Below, piece after piece: positions 48,120 through 61,485 of a stretch of DNA of 64,000 nt. Made by a program: the position numbers and the translations under genes. The stretch lies in contig OZ024741.1 in the NCBI GenBank assembly GCA_964016885.1, forward strand, positions 241,676,001 through 241,740,000. Reading direction: 5' to 3'. The notes below the pieces were generated by a model that worked only from the letters and a program-made list of their open reading frames with translations, ran no database searches and was not told the origin of the DNA. Every line of letters starts with the position of its first letter. Within the stretch, counting starts at the first letter, position 1. This stretch comes from Eledone cirrhosa. Taxonomy: Eukaryota.

Positions 48120-51100
48120 CTGTCTTGATGTGGGTGTGTTTATCTTGATGGCAGTGGCTTAATCTTGATGTATGTGTTTTTTTATCTTGATATGGGTGTT
48201 TTTATCTTGATGTGGGTGTTTTTATCTTGATGTGGGTGTTTTTATCTTGATGTGGGTGTGTTTATCTTGAAGTGTACGTGTTTATCTTGATGTGGGTGTG
48301 TTTATCTTGATGTGGGTGTGTTTATCTTGAAGTGTACGTGTTTATCTTGGTTTGGGTGTGTTCATCCTGATGTGAGTGCGTTTATCTTGATGTAGGTGTG
48401 TTTATCTTGATGTGGGTGTTTTTATCTTGAAGTGTACGTGTTTATCTTGATGTGGGTGTGTTTATTTTGATGTGGGTGTGTTGATCTTGATGTGGGTGTG
48501 TTCATCCTGATGTGGGTACGTTTATCTTGATGTGGGTGTGTTTATCTTGATATAGGTGTTTTATCTTGATGTGGGTGTTTTTATCTTGAAGTGTACGTGT
48601 TTATCTTGATGTGGGTGTGTTTATCTTGGTGTGGGTGTGTTTATCTTGAAGTGTACGTGTTTATCTTGATGTGGGTGTGTTCATCCTGATGTGGGTGTGT
48701 TTATCTTGATGTAGGTGTGTTTATCTTGATGTGGGTGTGTTTATCTTGATGTGGGTGTGTTTATCTTGATGTGGGTGCGTTTATCTTGATGCGGGTGTGT
48801 TGATCTTGATGTGGGTATGTTGATCTTGATGTGGGTATGTTTATCTTGATGTGGGTGTGTTCATCCTGATGTGGGTGCGTTTATCTTGATGTGGGTGTGT
48901 TTATCTTGATGGATGTGTTTTTTATCTTGATGTGGGTGTTTTTATCTTGAAGTGGGTGTTTTTATCTTGAAGTGTACGTGTTTATCTTGATGTGGGTGTG
49001 TTTATCTTGATGTGGGTGTGTTTATCTTGATGTGGGTGTGTTTATCTTGATGTATGTGTATTTTATCTTGATATGGGTGTTTTTATTTTGATGTGGGTGT
49101 TTTTATCTTGATGTGTACGTGTTTATCTTGATGTGGGTGTGTTTATCTTGATGTGGGTGTGTTTATCTTGATGTAGGTGTGTTTATCTTGATGTGGGTGT
49201 GTTTATCTTGATGTAGGTGTGTTTATCTTGATGTGGGTGTGTTTATCTTGATGTGGGTGTGTTTATCTTGATGTGGGTGCGTTTATCTTGATGTGGGTGT
49301 GTTTATCTTGATGTGGGTGTGTTGATCTTGATGTGGGTGTGTTTATCTTGATGTGGGTGTGTTCATCCTGATGTGGGTGCGTTTATCTTGATGTGGGTGT
49401 GTTTATCTTGATGTGGGTGTGTTGATCTTGATGTGGGTGTGTTTATCTTGATGTGGGTGTGTTTATCCTGATGTGGGTGTGTTTATCTTGATGTGGGTGT
49501 GTTTATCTTGATATGGATGTTTTTTATCTTGATATGGGTGTTTTTATCTTGAAGTGTACGTGTTTATCTTGATGTGGGTGTGTTTATTTTGATGTGGGTG
49601 TGTTGATCTTGATGTGGGTGTGTTGATCTTGATGTGGGTGTGTTCATCCTGATGTGGGTACGTTTATCTTGATGTGGGTGTGTTTATCTTGATATAGGTG
49701 TTTTATCTTGATGTGGGTGTTTTTATCTTGAAGTGTACGTGTTTATCTTGATGTGGGTGTGTTTATCTTGGTGTGGGTGTGTTTATCTTGAAGTGTACGT
49801 GTTTATCTTGATGTGGGTGTGTTCATCCTGATGTGGGTGTGTTTATCTTGATGTAGGTGTGTTTATCTTGATGTGGGTGTGTTTATCTTGATGTGGGTGT
49901 GTTTATCTTGATGTGGGTGCGTTTATCTTGATGCGGGTGTGTTGATCTTGATGTGGGTATGTTGATCTTGATGTGGGTGTGTTTATCTTGATGTGGGTGT
50001 GTTCATCCTGATGTGGGTGCGTTTATCTTGATGTGGGTGTGTTTATCTTGATGGATGTGTTTTTTATCTTGATGTGGGTGTTTTTATCTTGAAGTGGGTG
50101 TTTTTATCTTGAAGTGTACGTGTTTATCTTGATGTGGGTGTGTTTATCTTGATGTGGGTGTGTTTATCTTGATGTATGTGTTTTTTATCTTGATATGGGT
50201 GTTTTTATTTTGATGTGGGTGTTTTTATCTTGAAGTGTACGTGTTTATCTTGATGTGGGTGTGTTTATCTTGATGTGGGTGTGTTTATCTTGATGTGGGT
50301 GTGTTTATCTTGATGTATGTGTATTTTATCTTGATATGGGTGTTTTTATTTTGATGTGGGTGTTTTTATCTTGATGTGTACGTGTTTATCTTGATGTGGG
50401 TGTGTTTATCTTGATGTGGGTGTGTTTATCTTGATGTAGGTGTGTTTATCTTGATGTGGGTGTGTTTATCTTGATGTAGGTGTGTTTATCTTGATGTGGG
50501 TGTGTTTATCTTGATGTGGGTGTGTTTATCTTGATGTGGGTGCGTTTATCTTGATGTGGGTGTGTTTATCTTGATGTGGGTGTGTTGATCTTGATGTGGG
50601 TGTGTTTATCTTGATGTGGGTGTGTTCATCCTGATGTGGGTGCGTTTATCTTGATGTGGGTGTGTTTATCTTGATGTGGGTGTGTTGATCTTGATGTGGG
50701 TGTGTTTATCTTGATGTGGGTGTGTTCATCCTGATGTGGGTGTGTTTATCTTGATGTGGGTGTGTTTATCTTGATATGGATGTTTTTTATCTTGATATGG
50801 GTGTTTTTATCTTGAAGTGTACGTGTTTATCTTGATGTGGGTGTGTTTATTTTGATGTGGGTGTGTTGATCTTGATGTGGGTGTGTTGATCTTGATGTCG
50901 GTGTGTTCATCCTGATGTGGGTACGTTTATCTTGATGTGGGTGTGTTTCTCTTGATATAGGTGTTTTATCTTGATGTGGGTGTTTTTATCTTGAAGTGTA
51001 CGTGTTTATCTTGATGTGGGTGTGTTTATCTTGGTGTGGGTGTGTTTATCTTGAAGTGTACGTGTTTATCTTGATGTGGGTGTGTTCATCCTGATGTGGG

Positions 51101-52540
51101 TGTGTTTATCTTGATGTAGGTGTGTTTATCTTGATGTGGGTGTGTTTATCTTGATGTGGGTGTGTTTATCTTGATGTGGGTGCGTTTATCTTGATGCGGG
51201 TGTGTTGATCTTGATGTGGGTATGTTGATCTTGATGTGGGTGTGTTTATCTTGATGTGGGTGTGTTCATCCTGATGTGGGTGCGTTTATCTTGATGTGGG
51301 TGTGTTTATCTTGATGGATGTGTTTTTTATCTTGATGTGGGTGTTTTTATCTTGAAGTGGGTGTTTTTATCTTGAAGTGTACGTGTTCATCTTGATGTGG
51401 GTGTGTTTATCTTGATGTGGGTGTGTTTATCTTGATGTATGTGTTTTTTATCTTGATATGGGTGTTTTTATTTTGATGTGGGTGTTTTTATCTTGAAGTG
51501 TACGTGTTTATCTTGATGTGGGTGTGTTTATCTTGATGTGGGTGTGTTTATCTTGATGTATGTGTATTTTATCTTGATATGGGTGTTTTTATTTTGATGT
51601 GGGTGTTTTTATCTTGATGTGTACGTGTTTATCTTGATGTGGGTGTGTTTATCTTGATGTGGGTGTGTTTATCTTGATGTAGGTGTGTTTATCTTGATGT
51701 GGGTGTGTTTATCTTGATGTAGGTGTGTTTATCTTGATGTGGGTGTGTTTATCTTGATGTGGGTGTGTTTATCTTGATGTGGGTGCGTTTATCTTGATGT
51801 GGGTGTGTTTATCTTTATGTGGGTGTGTTGATCTTGATGTGGGTGTGTTTATCTTGATGTGGGTGTGTTCATCCTGATGTGGGTGCGTTTATCTTGATGT
51901 GGGTGTGTTTATCTTGATGTGGGTGTGTTGATCTTGATGTGGGTGTGTTTATCTTGATGTGGGTGTGTTCATCCTGATGTGGGTGTGTTTATCTTGATGT
52001 GGGTGTGTTTATCTTGATATGGATGTTTTTTATCTTGATATGGGTGTTTTTATCTTGAAGTGTACGTGTTTATCTTGATGTGGGTGTGTTTATCTTGATG
52101 TGGGTGTTTTTATCTTGATGTGGGTGTTTTTATCTTGATATGGATGTTTTTATCTTGAAGTGTACGTGTTTATTTTGATGTGGGTGTGTTTATCTTGATG
52201 CGGGTGTGTTTATCTTGATGTGGGTGTGTTTATCTTGATGTGGGTGTGTTTATTTTTATGTGGGTGTGTTTATCTTGATGTGGGTGTGTTTATCTTGATG
52301 TGGGTGTTTTTATCTTGATATGGATGTTTTTATCTTGAAGTGTACGTGTTTATCTTGATGTGGGCGTGTTTATCTTGATGTGGGTGTGTTTATTTTGATG
52401 TGGGTGTGTTTATCTTGATGTGGGTATGTTTATCTTGATGTGGGTGTGTTTATCTTGATGTGGGTATGTTTATCTTGATGTGGGTGTGTTTATATTGATG
52501 TGGGGGTGATTATTTTGATGTCTGTTTATCTTGATGTGGA
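48120..52540. repeat. 20-bp minisatellite array (about 4.4 kb) with higher-order structure
   Basis: Unit GTTTATCTTGATGTGGGTGT with decayed edges to about 47800 and 52690. Variant units recur at spacings of 1142 and 1263 bp. Confidence 0.95.
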
Positions 52541-53053
52541 GGCGTTCATCTCGATATTGGTATGTTTATAATGGAGGTGTGTATAATTTGAACTGGGCAT
52601 GTTTATTTTGATGTAGGTATGTTTGTATTGATGTGGGTAAGTTTATATTTATGTGAGTGTATTTAACTTCATGTGTGTGTTTATATTAATTTGTCATACA
52701 TTGAAATTTCAATAATCAATATATTCCATTCCCTTTCGATTGTCTTACATACACCAAATACGGTATGATGTTCAAATGATCAGAAATATGTTAACATATT
52801 CAAATTTAATTTCTCCCTAATTTTATAATAAGAACATTGACAGGTTAAGGAAACAAGACTGAAGGAAATATCAACACATTATGTACATTTGAGAATTACT
52901 GTAACAGGATAAATTATATAACACTGCATAATAATACTTTAAATGCTGAGACATGTGTGTGTATTTGAGTATTTGTGTGTCTGTATTTATTTATATATAT
53001 ATATGTATGTATATAAACATATACATATATATATACATATATGTATGTATATA

Positions 53054-53135
<82 letters not shown>

Positions 53136-53357
53136 TATACATACAGACTCAGGCACATACACAAACAATACACAGCTATATACATGAAGTGTTTGGCATT
53201 CAACGCCATCCAGCATGCAGGCCAGCAAAAATGGAATGGGCTCTCCATTGGGATTTTATTAATTACCATACATACATAGTTATATGCATACATGCAAACA
53301 TAAAATAATAAAACCAGAACAACATACATACAGACAGACAGAACTATAAAGAACACA

Positions 53358-54850
53358 TATATGTAAACCATTTCAGAAATTCAACATTTAATAACTGCAT
53401 ATGCACACATATAGATACAGAAACATATGCACATGTACATATATAACTCAAAACATACAGATCCAACCATGCAATAACATACATCCATACCTACACACAC
53501 AAACAGATATACATATGTATTTACCTAGCTGATGTTGTCTAAATTCCAATGTAAAGAGTTTTGTTTCTGTTAGAAACCAGCTTTCCCTCATTTGGTGGAA
53601 ATTTTATAAAATAGTAAAATGCATACAGTCCAGACAGATTTGAGTGTCACATTATATCCCTCTGACAACATTTACGAACCTCCAAGCATAGGAGCCCATC
53701 TATTGAGCAAGTCTGTCTGCATGAGATAGATAAGATCATGAGAGTTGGGAAGGAACTCCTTGAAAGATACTTCCTACAAGATAATCAAAAACTCACACCC
53801 AGGGAAATTGCTGCAGTGAATCCATGGATGAATAATTGCATGCTTATCAGCAAAAAATCATGCATGGATATGTTGCCAGGAAGTTCCAGAGTGAAAGTAA
53901 TATAGATAAACAAAGTAGTCTATCTTGGACTAACAACTGCTATATTGGCCCCACTTTGAAAGATATGCTTTTGCAATCCAAGAACAGGAAATCAACACAA
54001 AATACCTGATTCACAAAAGAGATAGGGATGCAGGCAAAACACCTAGATGTGACAACAAAAGGAGACTCTGCAGAATTAACATCGAAGATGTCACCCATGT
54101 CATAAGTAGCTGTCCAAAGATGTCATCATGGTACTATTTACCTATGAGGTATGATTTAGAAGCCAAAACACTATACAATGCAATCCGTAGAAAAGATAGT
54201 CCTGGCAATAAACACATTAAAAGCTACAGCAATGTGGAAGACATACATATACATATGAAAGAGTACTGGTGGAATGTTCCAGTCAAAGCCCAATAAAATG
54301 CAAGCATAACAGACCAGATATTATGATATGGGACAGGGAAAAGAAGGCATGCACAGTAATGGAAGTTAGCAGCCCAGCAGATGCCAATATATTATTAAAG
54401 ATTAGCAAAAAGGAGAATATCTATGCAGAACTAATGACAAATCTGCAGATACTCCACCCTGACTATACCTTCAGGTTTATACCTGTGATTATTGGGGCAA
54501 TGAGGTATGTTAGTAACTGTCTCAATACAAATCTTGAGAAGCTAAGCTTCATAGAAACAGAAAGAACACAACTAGTTAGGAAATTACAAGTACAACTCTT
54601 TAATGGAACAGTAAAAATATGTAAAACATTCCCAAAATTCTGCATCTAATAATTGCATGTACACATGTATAGATACAAATCATATGCATATGCAGACACA
54701 TAACTCAAAACATACACATCCACACATATAATAACATCCATACTTGCACACACATGCATGCATACAGATATTCCAATGAGAGAGTCTTGTATCTATGTTA
54801 GAAACCGACTCTCTCTCTATTGGTAAAAGTTTATAAAATTATAAAACCAG
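53358..54850 (+). mobile_element. Two tandem 3' fragments of an REL-endonuclease non-LTR element (R4/Dong-like)
   Basis: RLCRINIEDVTHVISSCP (CCHC-like), NRPDIMIWD...VMEVS, FIPVIIGA. The ending ICKTFPKFCI* plus 3' UTR (54620-54850) is repeated as [10 protein letters not shown] plus UTR at 53358-53610. Confidence 0.75.
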
Positions 54851-54880
54851 AAGAGCATACACACACACACGCACACACAC

Positions 54881-54961
<81 letters not shown>

Positions 54962-55754
54962 CGAGGGTAGGCTGACTATGAAGGAATGATGCTAGAGCTG
55001 TGAAATCTTGCATGCATTAATTTCAAATCTTTCAAACTTTTGCACACACTCATGCACAATAACAACACAGTCTTGTTTTCTTACTTTATCATCAATAGCC
55101 TCATAGCAGGTTATTAAATTAATTGTTTCTACTTTTGGCACCAGGCCAGCAATTATCCCAGTGCATTACTGGTACTTTATTTTATCGACCCCGTAAGGAT
55201 GAAAAGCAAAGTCAACCTCGGCGGGATTTGAACTCAGATCGTAAAGGGATGTAACTATGCTGGAAAGCATGTTAATAAATATATTTAAGTAGCGATTTGG
55301 TTTTTATTTCATTACCTATGTGATAAGGGTAAATTACTTACCCAAGAGATCATCACATCATCATCATCATAATGAACACTGTTGCTCACTTGCACACCCA
55401 CAATCTCTGGCCATATACACATAGGCATATCTATCTTCCTTCGTCTACATGCTACACAATGGTCACTACATCACAAAGCAATCCACATGTGAATACAACA
55501 ATTGAACCAATCACCACATCACCAAATGATCTCTCACTACAATCCAAACAACCTTTTTCACTACATGTATATATATATAACAAAGAAGGTGTGGTAAGAT
55601 ACCAGGTGGACCATAACGCACCAGAGTACTTGATACTTAGCGTAGTAGAGTGGGTAATAGGAGAAGAGTCAGAACCCCAACGGCTGATCTGAACTGAATT
55701 CGGATCTAGCTGTTGAAAAGGCTGGAGCTCAGCCGTCAGAGTCCTGACTCTTTT

Positions 55755-55872
<118 letters not shown>

Positions 55873-56747
55873 AATCAATCAACAAGTTACAAGATCTGAG
55901 ATCAGGTGTTGAATCTGTAAAAAAAACTTATATTGTGGAAGAAACATTTTATTCACAGAAATGATTATATTCACTATTTGTTTATTTCTGATAACTGGAA
56001 ATGTCAGGGAGACAGTATCACAACTTCCCTAATGTTGCTGCCACTCAAAATGCATCTAGTACATTTCTAAAGTTGTTCTTGTTAGGAAAGGCTTCCATTC
56101 ATAGAAACTTTGCTAAAACGTGTTAGGAAGACCTTTAGTTCTGCCAAGGAAATGACACTCTCCCCAGTGAGTTTATCATGATAAAATACACCCAGTATAT
56201 TTTACAGTCTGTAAAGTTATTTCTGTTAGAAAGAGCATCCATCTATAGAAATCATGCCGAAACAGTGATCAAGATATAGTCCTTGACCCATCTGGGTGGA
56301 CAGTTGTTCTGATTAAATATTGACTTGGTCTGTGATGACCCATCCAGCCTATTCCAGGATGGAAAACAAATGATTCATGGTGATGATAATGTCAAAATTA
56401 TTGTCACACTACTGATACTGCAACTGTTGAAAATTATTTACAGGTGAGTTAAGATTTTTTTAGTCTTGAATGAGAACATTCTTCTCTTAGATTTTTTTTT
56501 TTCAATTTTTTATTATTTTGGTAAACTTTGGACATCTGAGTCTGCTCAGGGTTTGATTAACCATTTAGCAAAATAAGCACCTACTTAGAGCAGCAAGAGA
56601 TGAGAGGCACCATTTTATTCAAATTAATTGTATTTGTGTAAGTATGTATGTATACGTACTTACATATATGTACGACTGAACTTACTCGATATGCAAATTA
56701 GGTTGCTCAGCCGTTAATTTTCATAAGGAAAGTATATACTTTCGGAC

Positions 56748-56834
56748 GTTCAACCATCTGGCAGAAAGGTATACGGTGCTGACGATAGCTAATAAGCTTG
56801 AAACTAGTACATCGTTCCTGTGTCAGTGTTGAAC
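56748..56834 (+). ncRNA. Type I hammerhead with extended stem I in an about 270-bp structured island (56670-56940)
   Basis: ACGGTG-CTGACGA-T-AGCT-AATA-AGCT-T-GAAA-CTAG-TA-CATCGT, with palindromic ACTAGT. Outer helices GTTCAAC/GTTGAAC and CTGGCA/TGTCAG. Confidence 0.75.
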
Positions 56835-58419
56835 AAAAAGGTGTTGGTTGCCTAAACACTGTACGGCGTAATTCAGGCTGTTTGTTTGTTTACAAACGAA
56901 CAAACCGAGCATTATAATAAATGTTTGGTAAACTGATACGTGCATGTATGTATGTGTGCCTGTATGTATATATATACATGCTACTGTACGTCTGTATACA
57001 TATATGTATGTACGTATACATACATACTTACATTTAAGTAAGTGCCGTACTAAGAGTGAGAAATGAAATTTTGTTTCATTCTATTCCATTTAATTGTATT
57101 TGTCATTCCCCTGAAACATTTTTTTGCAAACTTTGTATATGGGGGTCACTATAATCTTTTAACTGCTTAGGGCTTCAAAAGAACTTAATACATCCCTGGT
57201 TTTATTACTGTGTTGCTGTTGTTTGAACTTTTGACATATGCATCTATAGCAGTAGTTCCTTACAATTTTACTATTAACCCTTTAGCATTTAGATTACTCT
57301 ATCTCGTATAATATCAAATCTACGAGATTTTGATGATTTTTCAATTTATTTTGAGAACAATAACTTAACATGAGTGGCCAGTTATGGTTAATTTGTATGG
57401 AAGAGTTGACAGAATTCTGGCCAGATATGGCCGGTTTAAATGCTAAAGGGATAAGGACTGTTTTTGTTGAAATGAATTTTTCTACAGACCACCTCCACTA
57501 TAATTACTTCCGTTCCAGATTGTTATAAAGCAAAAATAACAATCCTAAGAGTGAAATGTTTATATATATGAATATAACATGGGTAAAGCATTAGGTTGGT
57601 AAAGTTATGCCAGCAAAATTTCAAGCTCTAAAGTGTTTGTTTTTTTTGTATAGTTCATCAAGTCTCTGATGATACAGGTTTAAGTGAAATTAAGTGTTAA
57701 AAGTAAATTCCTTGAGTTAATGTTCAGATTATAATACATGAATATATCTCTCTATATATTAACAATGGTTTCTTATATAGGCACAAGGCCAGCAATTTTG
57801 GGGGAGGGGAACGTCGATTAAATCGACCCAGTGCGTCACTGGTACTTTATTTTATCGACCCTGTAAGGATGAAAGGCAAAGTTAACCTCGGTGGGATTTG
57901 AACTCAGATCATAAAGGGGCGTTACACTATGCTGCAAAGCATGGTGTCCGACCCTCTACCGATACTGCCGCCAGCCTAAGTGAATCTCTTAACCTTTTCT
58001 TTTTTTCCACTTTTTCTATTTGAAACATGTGTAAGACACATAAAATGTCTTCAATTTCTTCATCTTACTTTCCATCCATTACATATATATATGTTATGTT
58101 TTGAACTACTACTATATTTGCTGAGCCCAGACTGAGAACTGCTGTTCTGTAGAGACCTTTAGATTCCATTCTCAGTTTTCCTTCCTTCTGTGTATTGTAG
58201 ATTTATTTATTTATTTGTGTGTTTGTTTGTTTATTTATTTATTATCATCTAAAAGTTAATTGCTTCGGAAAAAGTATTTAACTATAAAAAAAAATAGCCG
58301 AACAAGTTGGGCAAAGAAGCCCCAAGAAATATTGTCCACTTTTTTTTTATCTCTAGGAACTTATAAACTTGACTTGTTTGACTTTTCTCTCACTTCCTCT
58401 CTCTCTCTATATATATATG

Positions 58420-58524
<105 letters not shown>

Positions 58525-59278
58525 ATATATATATATATATATATACGCACACATATTTTTCATAGTCAAAAAACTATACTGAAACAGTTAACTTTAAGCT
58601 AACATACATTCAAAATTCATAATTCTCTCACTGTTCATTAAAATACAATTTATTTATTTATTCAATTATTCTTTCTTTTTTTTCTCTGTAGATAGTACTT
58701 AACATTATTTTTCTTCACACATGAGAGTTGGTTTTATATATTTGGAGACATCATTCGCTACCATCATCATAAAAAAACCACCACTACCACCACTGCTTAA
58801 TGTGTATTTTCCATGTTTTTATGGCTAGGTGGGTTGTAACATTGTGAGGCTAGTCAGATCAAGTGAACGTGTCTTACTCATATATTTTCCTTTTGACCCT
58901 TTAGTATTTACATTACTCTATATATACTATTATATTTTCATGGTAAAGACTTTACCTCACATAATTATCTCACATCATCATGATCATTTTACGTCCATTC
59001 TTCCACGCTAGCATGGGTTATTTCGAATCTATGAGATTCTTTATTTTGAGCAGTCAGTTACAGCCAGTTTGAATAGAAAGAAGTGAGAATTCTGACCAGA
59101 TATAGCCGGTTTAAATACTAAAGGGTTAAATTAGTTTTCTGTGGCTTGATGCTCTTCTTAATGCCAACCATTTTACAGGGTATACTGGGAGCATTTTTCA
59201 TGGTACCAACAATAATAAAGACACACACATATATATAAGTTTATTCCAGGTTCAATCGGAGGTAACCACAGTAAGTAA

Positions 59279-59434
59279 GGTACTCAATACAAAGCAGAGT
59301 ATAAATATTTAATATAGAAAAGGCTTCTACAAGACTAGAACTGTTTCATTTGGGAGAAATCATCAGGAAGCTCTGATGATTTCTCCTGAATGAAACAGTT
59401 CTAGTCCTGTAGAAGCCTTTTCTATATTAAATAT
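59279..59434. mobile_element. About 130-bp palindrome (59305-59434) with back-to-back hammerhead cores
   Basis: TCATCAG(59360-59366)-GAAGCT-CTGATGA(59373-59379); each arm continues with a short stem II and GAAACAGTT. Preceded by TACTCAATACAAAGCAGAGT. Confidence 0.7.
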
Positions 59435-59954
59435 ATATATATATATATATATATATCACAGAAAAAAGAGAATCAGTGTTGCGACGAAAGGAATTTATTG
59501 GACATATTACAATTGTTTCTCGGGCGACCAGCTCGAGGCACAATTGATATGGTGATCCAACCTGACTCTGAAATCGCATGGCCTTCGGATACGTCTCGAT
59601 TCTACAAAGCAGATTTTCCTATCGAGTGCTCATACAGCCTACCGCACACGGACACTTTAAGCACCCAACACCAATTATATATATATATATATATATATAT
59701 AGAATCTATCTTTAGATTTGTTGAGCAGATTTGTATTTATTGTTAATTAACTTAGTTAGCTTCAACATATATTTTACTATGAAAAATAGTCTAACAAAAA
59801 GTTGACAGCATTGTCCATGGGACACAAACTCACATCTGATATATGCTAGACACTGTCAACTTTTTTTCCATTCTGGGGTCTTTGATGCCCAATTTGTTAG
59901 ACTATTTTCCATAGTAAAAAAAATACATTGAAGCTCCTAAATTAATTTTCACCA

Positions 59955-59989
<35 letters not shown>

Positions 59990-60397
59990 TATTCGAAATG
60001 TTAACAAATGAAAAATATTCGCATAATCAAAATATATACTTTATTATATATATTTCAAAGGTACAGTGTTGTTTTTTCAGTACACCCTCATCAGACAAAA
60101 TATATGATTTGATATGACATACCGCTACGGTCTTGATTATTCAATTCCAGTATTGGCAGTCATATATATATATATACACATATATATATATATATAAATA
60201 TATTGATAAACACTAATATAACCAAACATAAATATATGAAAATGAAATTAGTAACTTTTGCAGTATTTTGACAACAGAAAATAGTCTAATACCTGGGCAT
60301 AGAAGCCCCCAGAATGGAATTATCAGTATGCATCAGAATCGAACCCAGTTATCTGGATAAGTGTGAAATATATCTTTATATTATACACACACACACA

Positions 60398-60431
<34 letters not shown>

Positions 60432-60435
<4 letters not shown>

Positions 60436-61235
60436 AAAGGAAAGAAGATAGGACCCTGATTCCTTCAGGGAAGTGGCTCTGCTCGATTTGTAGAAAAGGA
60501 GTAGACATAAACTCTATATAATGTATACAATGTAAATGTTGGATATACAAGGAATGTATTGGGATACCAGATAGACTAACAGGAAGGGAAGACTTTGTAT
60601 GTAAAAGATGCACATGTGTATTCAAGGGGAAGAGTGTCAGTGATATAAACTTTTCCAATTACATAAAGGATCCACAGAAGTGATTAACAGCTTTTATATA
60701 GGTGACATAATTAGCAGCAGAGTATGGTCTAGGAGCATAATAACTAGAATAAGGATAGGATAGAAGAATTTACTCCCACTGTTAATGACAAAAGGTTTCT
60801 CCCTACAGATAAAAGGATGGCTGTATAACACCTGTGTGCAGAGGGCAATGCTGCATGGTAGTGAAATATTGGCAGTAACTGCAGAGGAAATGTGTAGGTT
60901 GAAGGGAAATGAAGCAACCATTCTTTATTGGATGTGCAATGTAAACATGAGATAAAGGCAAAGCTTGAATCAACTGAGAGAGAAACTGGGCTTAAGAGAA
61001 ATCAGATGTGGCGTGCTTGAGAGAAGACTGCGTTGGTATGTACATGTGGTGCAAATGGATGATGATCACTGGAAATCCCAGTGGTAGGAAGCTGTAGTAG
61101 GGGTAGACCATGGAAGACATTTATAGTGGTGTTGTGTGCTGATCTCAAATCGTTGAGACTCACAGTGAAGATGACAAGTGAAACCCATGTGAGCGTGGAT
61201 ACACGGATGTAAAAACGATGATGATGTTGATGATG
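60432..61235 (+). mobile_element. Older, decayed copy of the PHD-bearing RTE family
   Basis: Broken frame with PSGKWLCSICRKGV, AMLHGSE and ERRLRWY, followed by a (GAT)n tail. Confidence 0.75.
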
Positions 61236-61447
61236 CTAATATATATATTTCATAACCACATATGTGTGTGTGCATCTGTTTTTGTGTATTTGTTCAAATT
61301 CAACTATGCATTCGTCTATAAAACCGATAGGCCTTGCAGAGTTACCTCCCTTGTTCAACACTACCAGTCTTCAGTAAATTTTGCGTAAAGTTAAATATAT
61401 TAACTGAATAACGTTAGGACAATCGCACTCATACACGGATGTGTGTA

Positions 61448-61485
<38 letters not shown>

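Noticed and set aside
54770-54820. CAATGAG...GAAACCG in the R4-like 3' UTR
   Set aside because: Better explained as a simple GAGAGTC/GACTCTC hairpin; the core does not match a hammerhead.
55342-55560. Possible minus-strand exon ending at a strong GG|GTAAGT donor
   Set aside because: No convincing acceptor or open frame could be established.
61345-61378. Minus-strand CTGAAGA motif
   Set aside because: No stem II/GAAA geometry.
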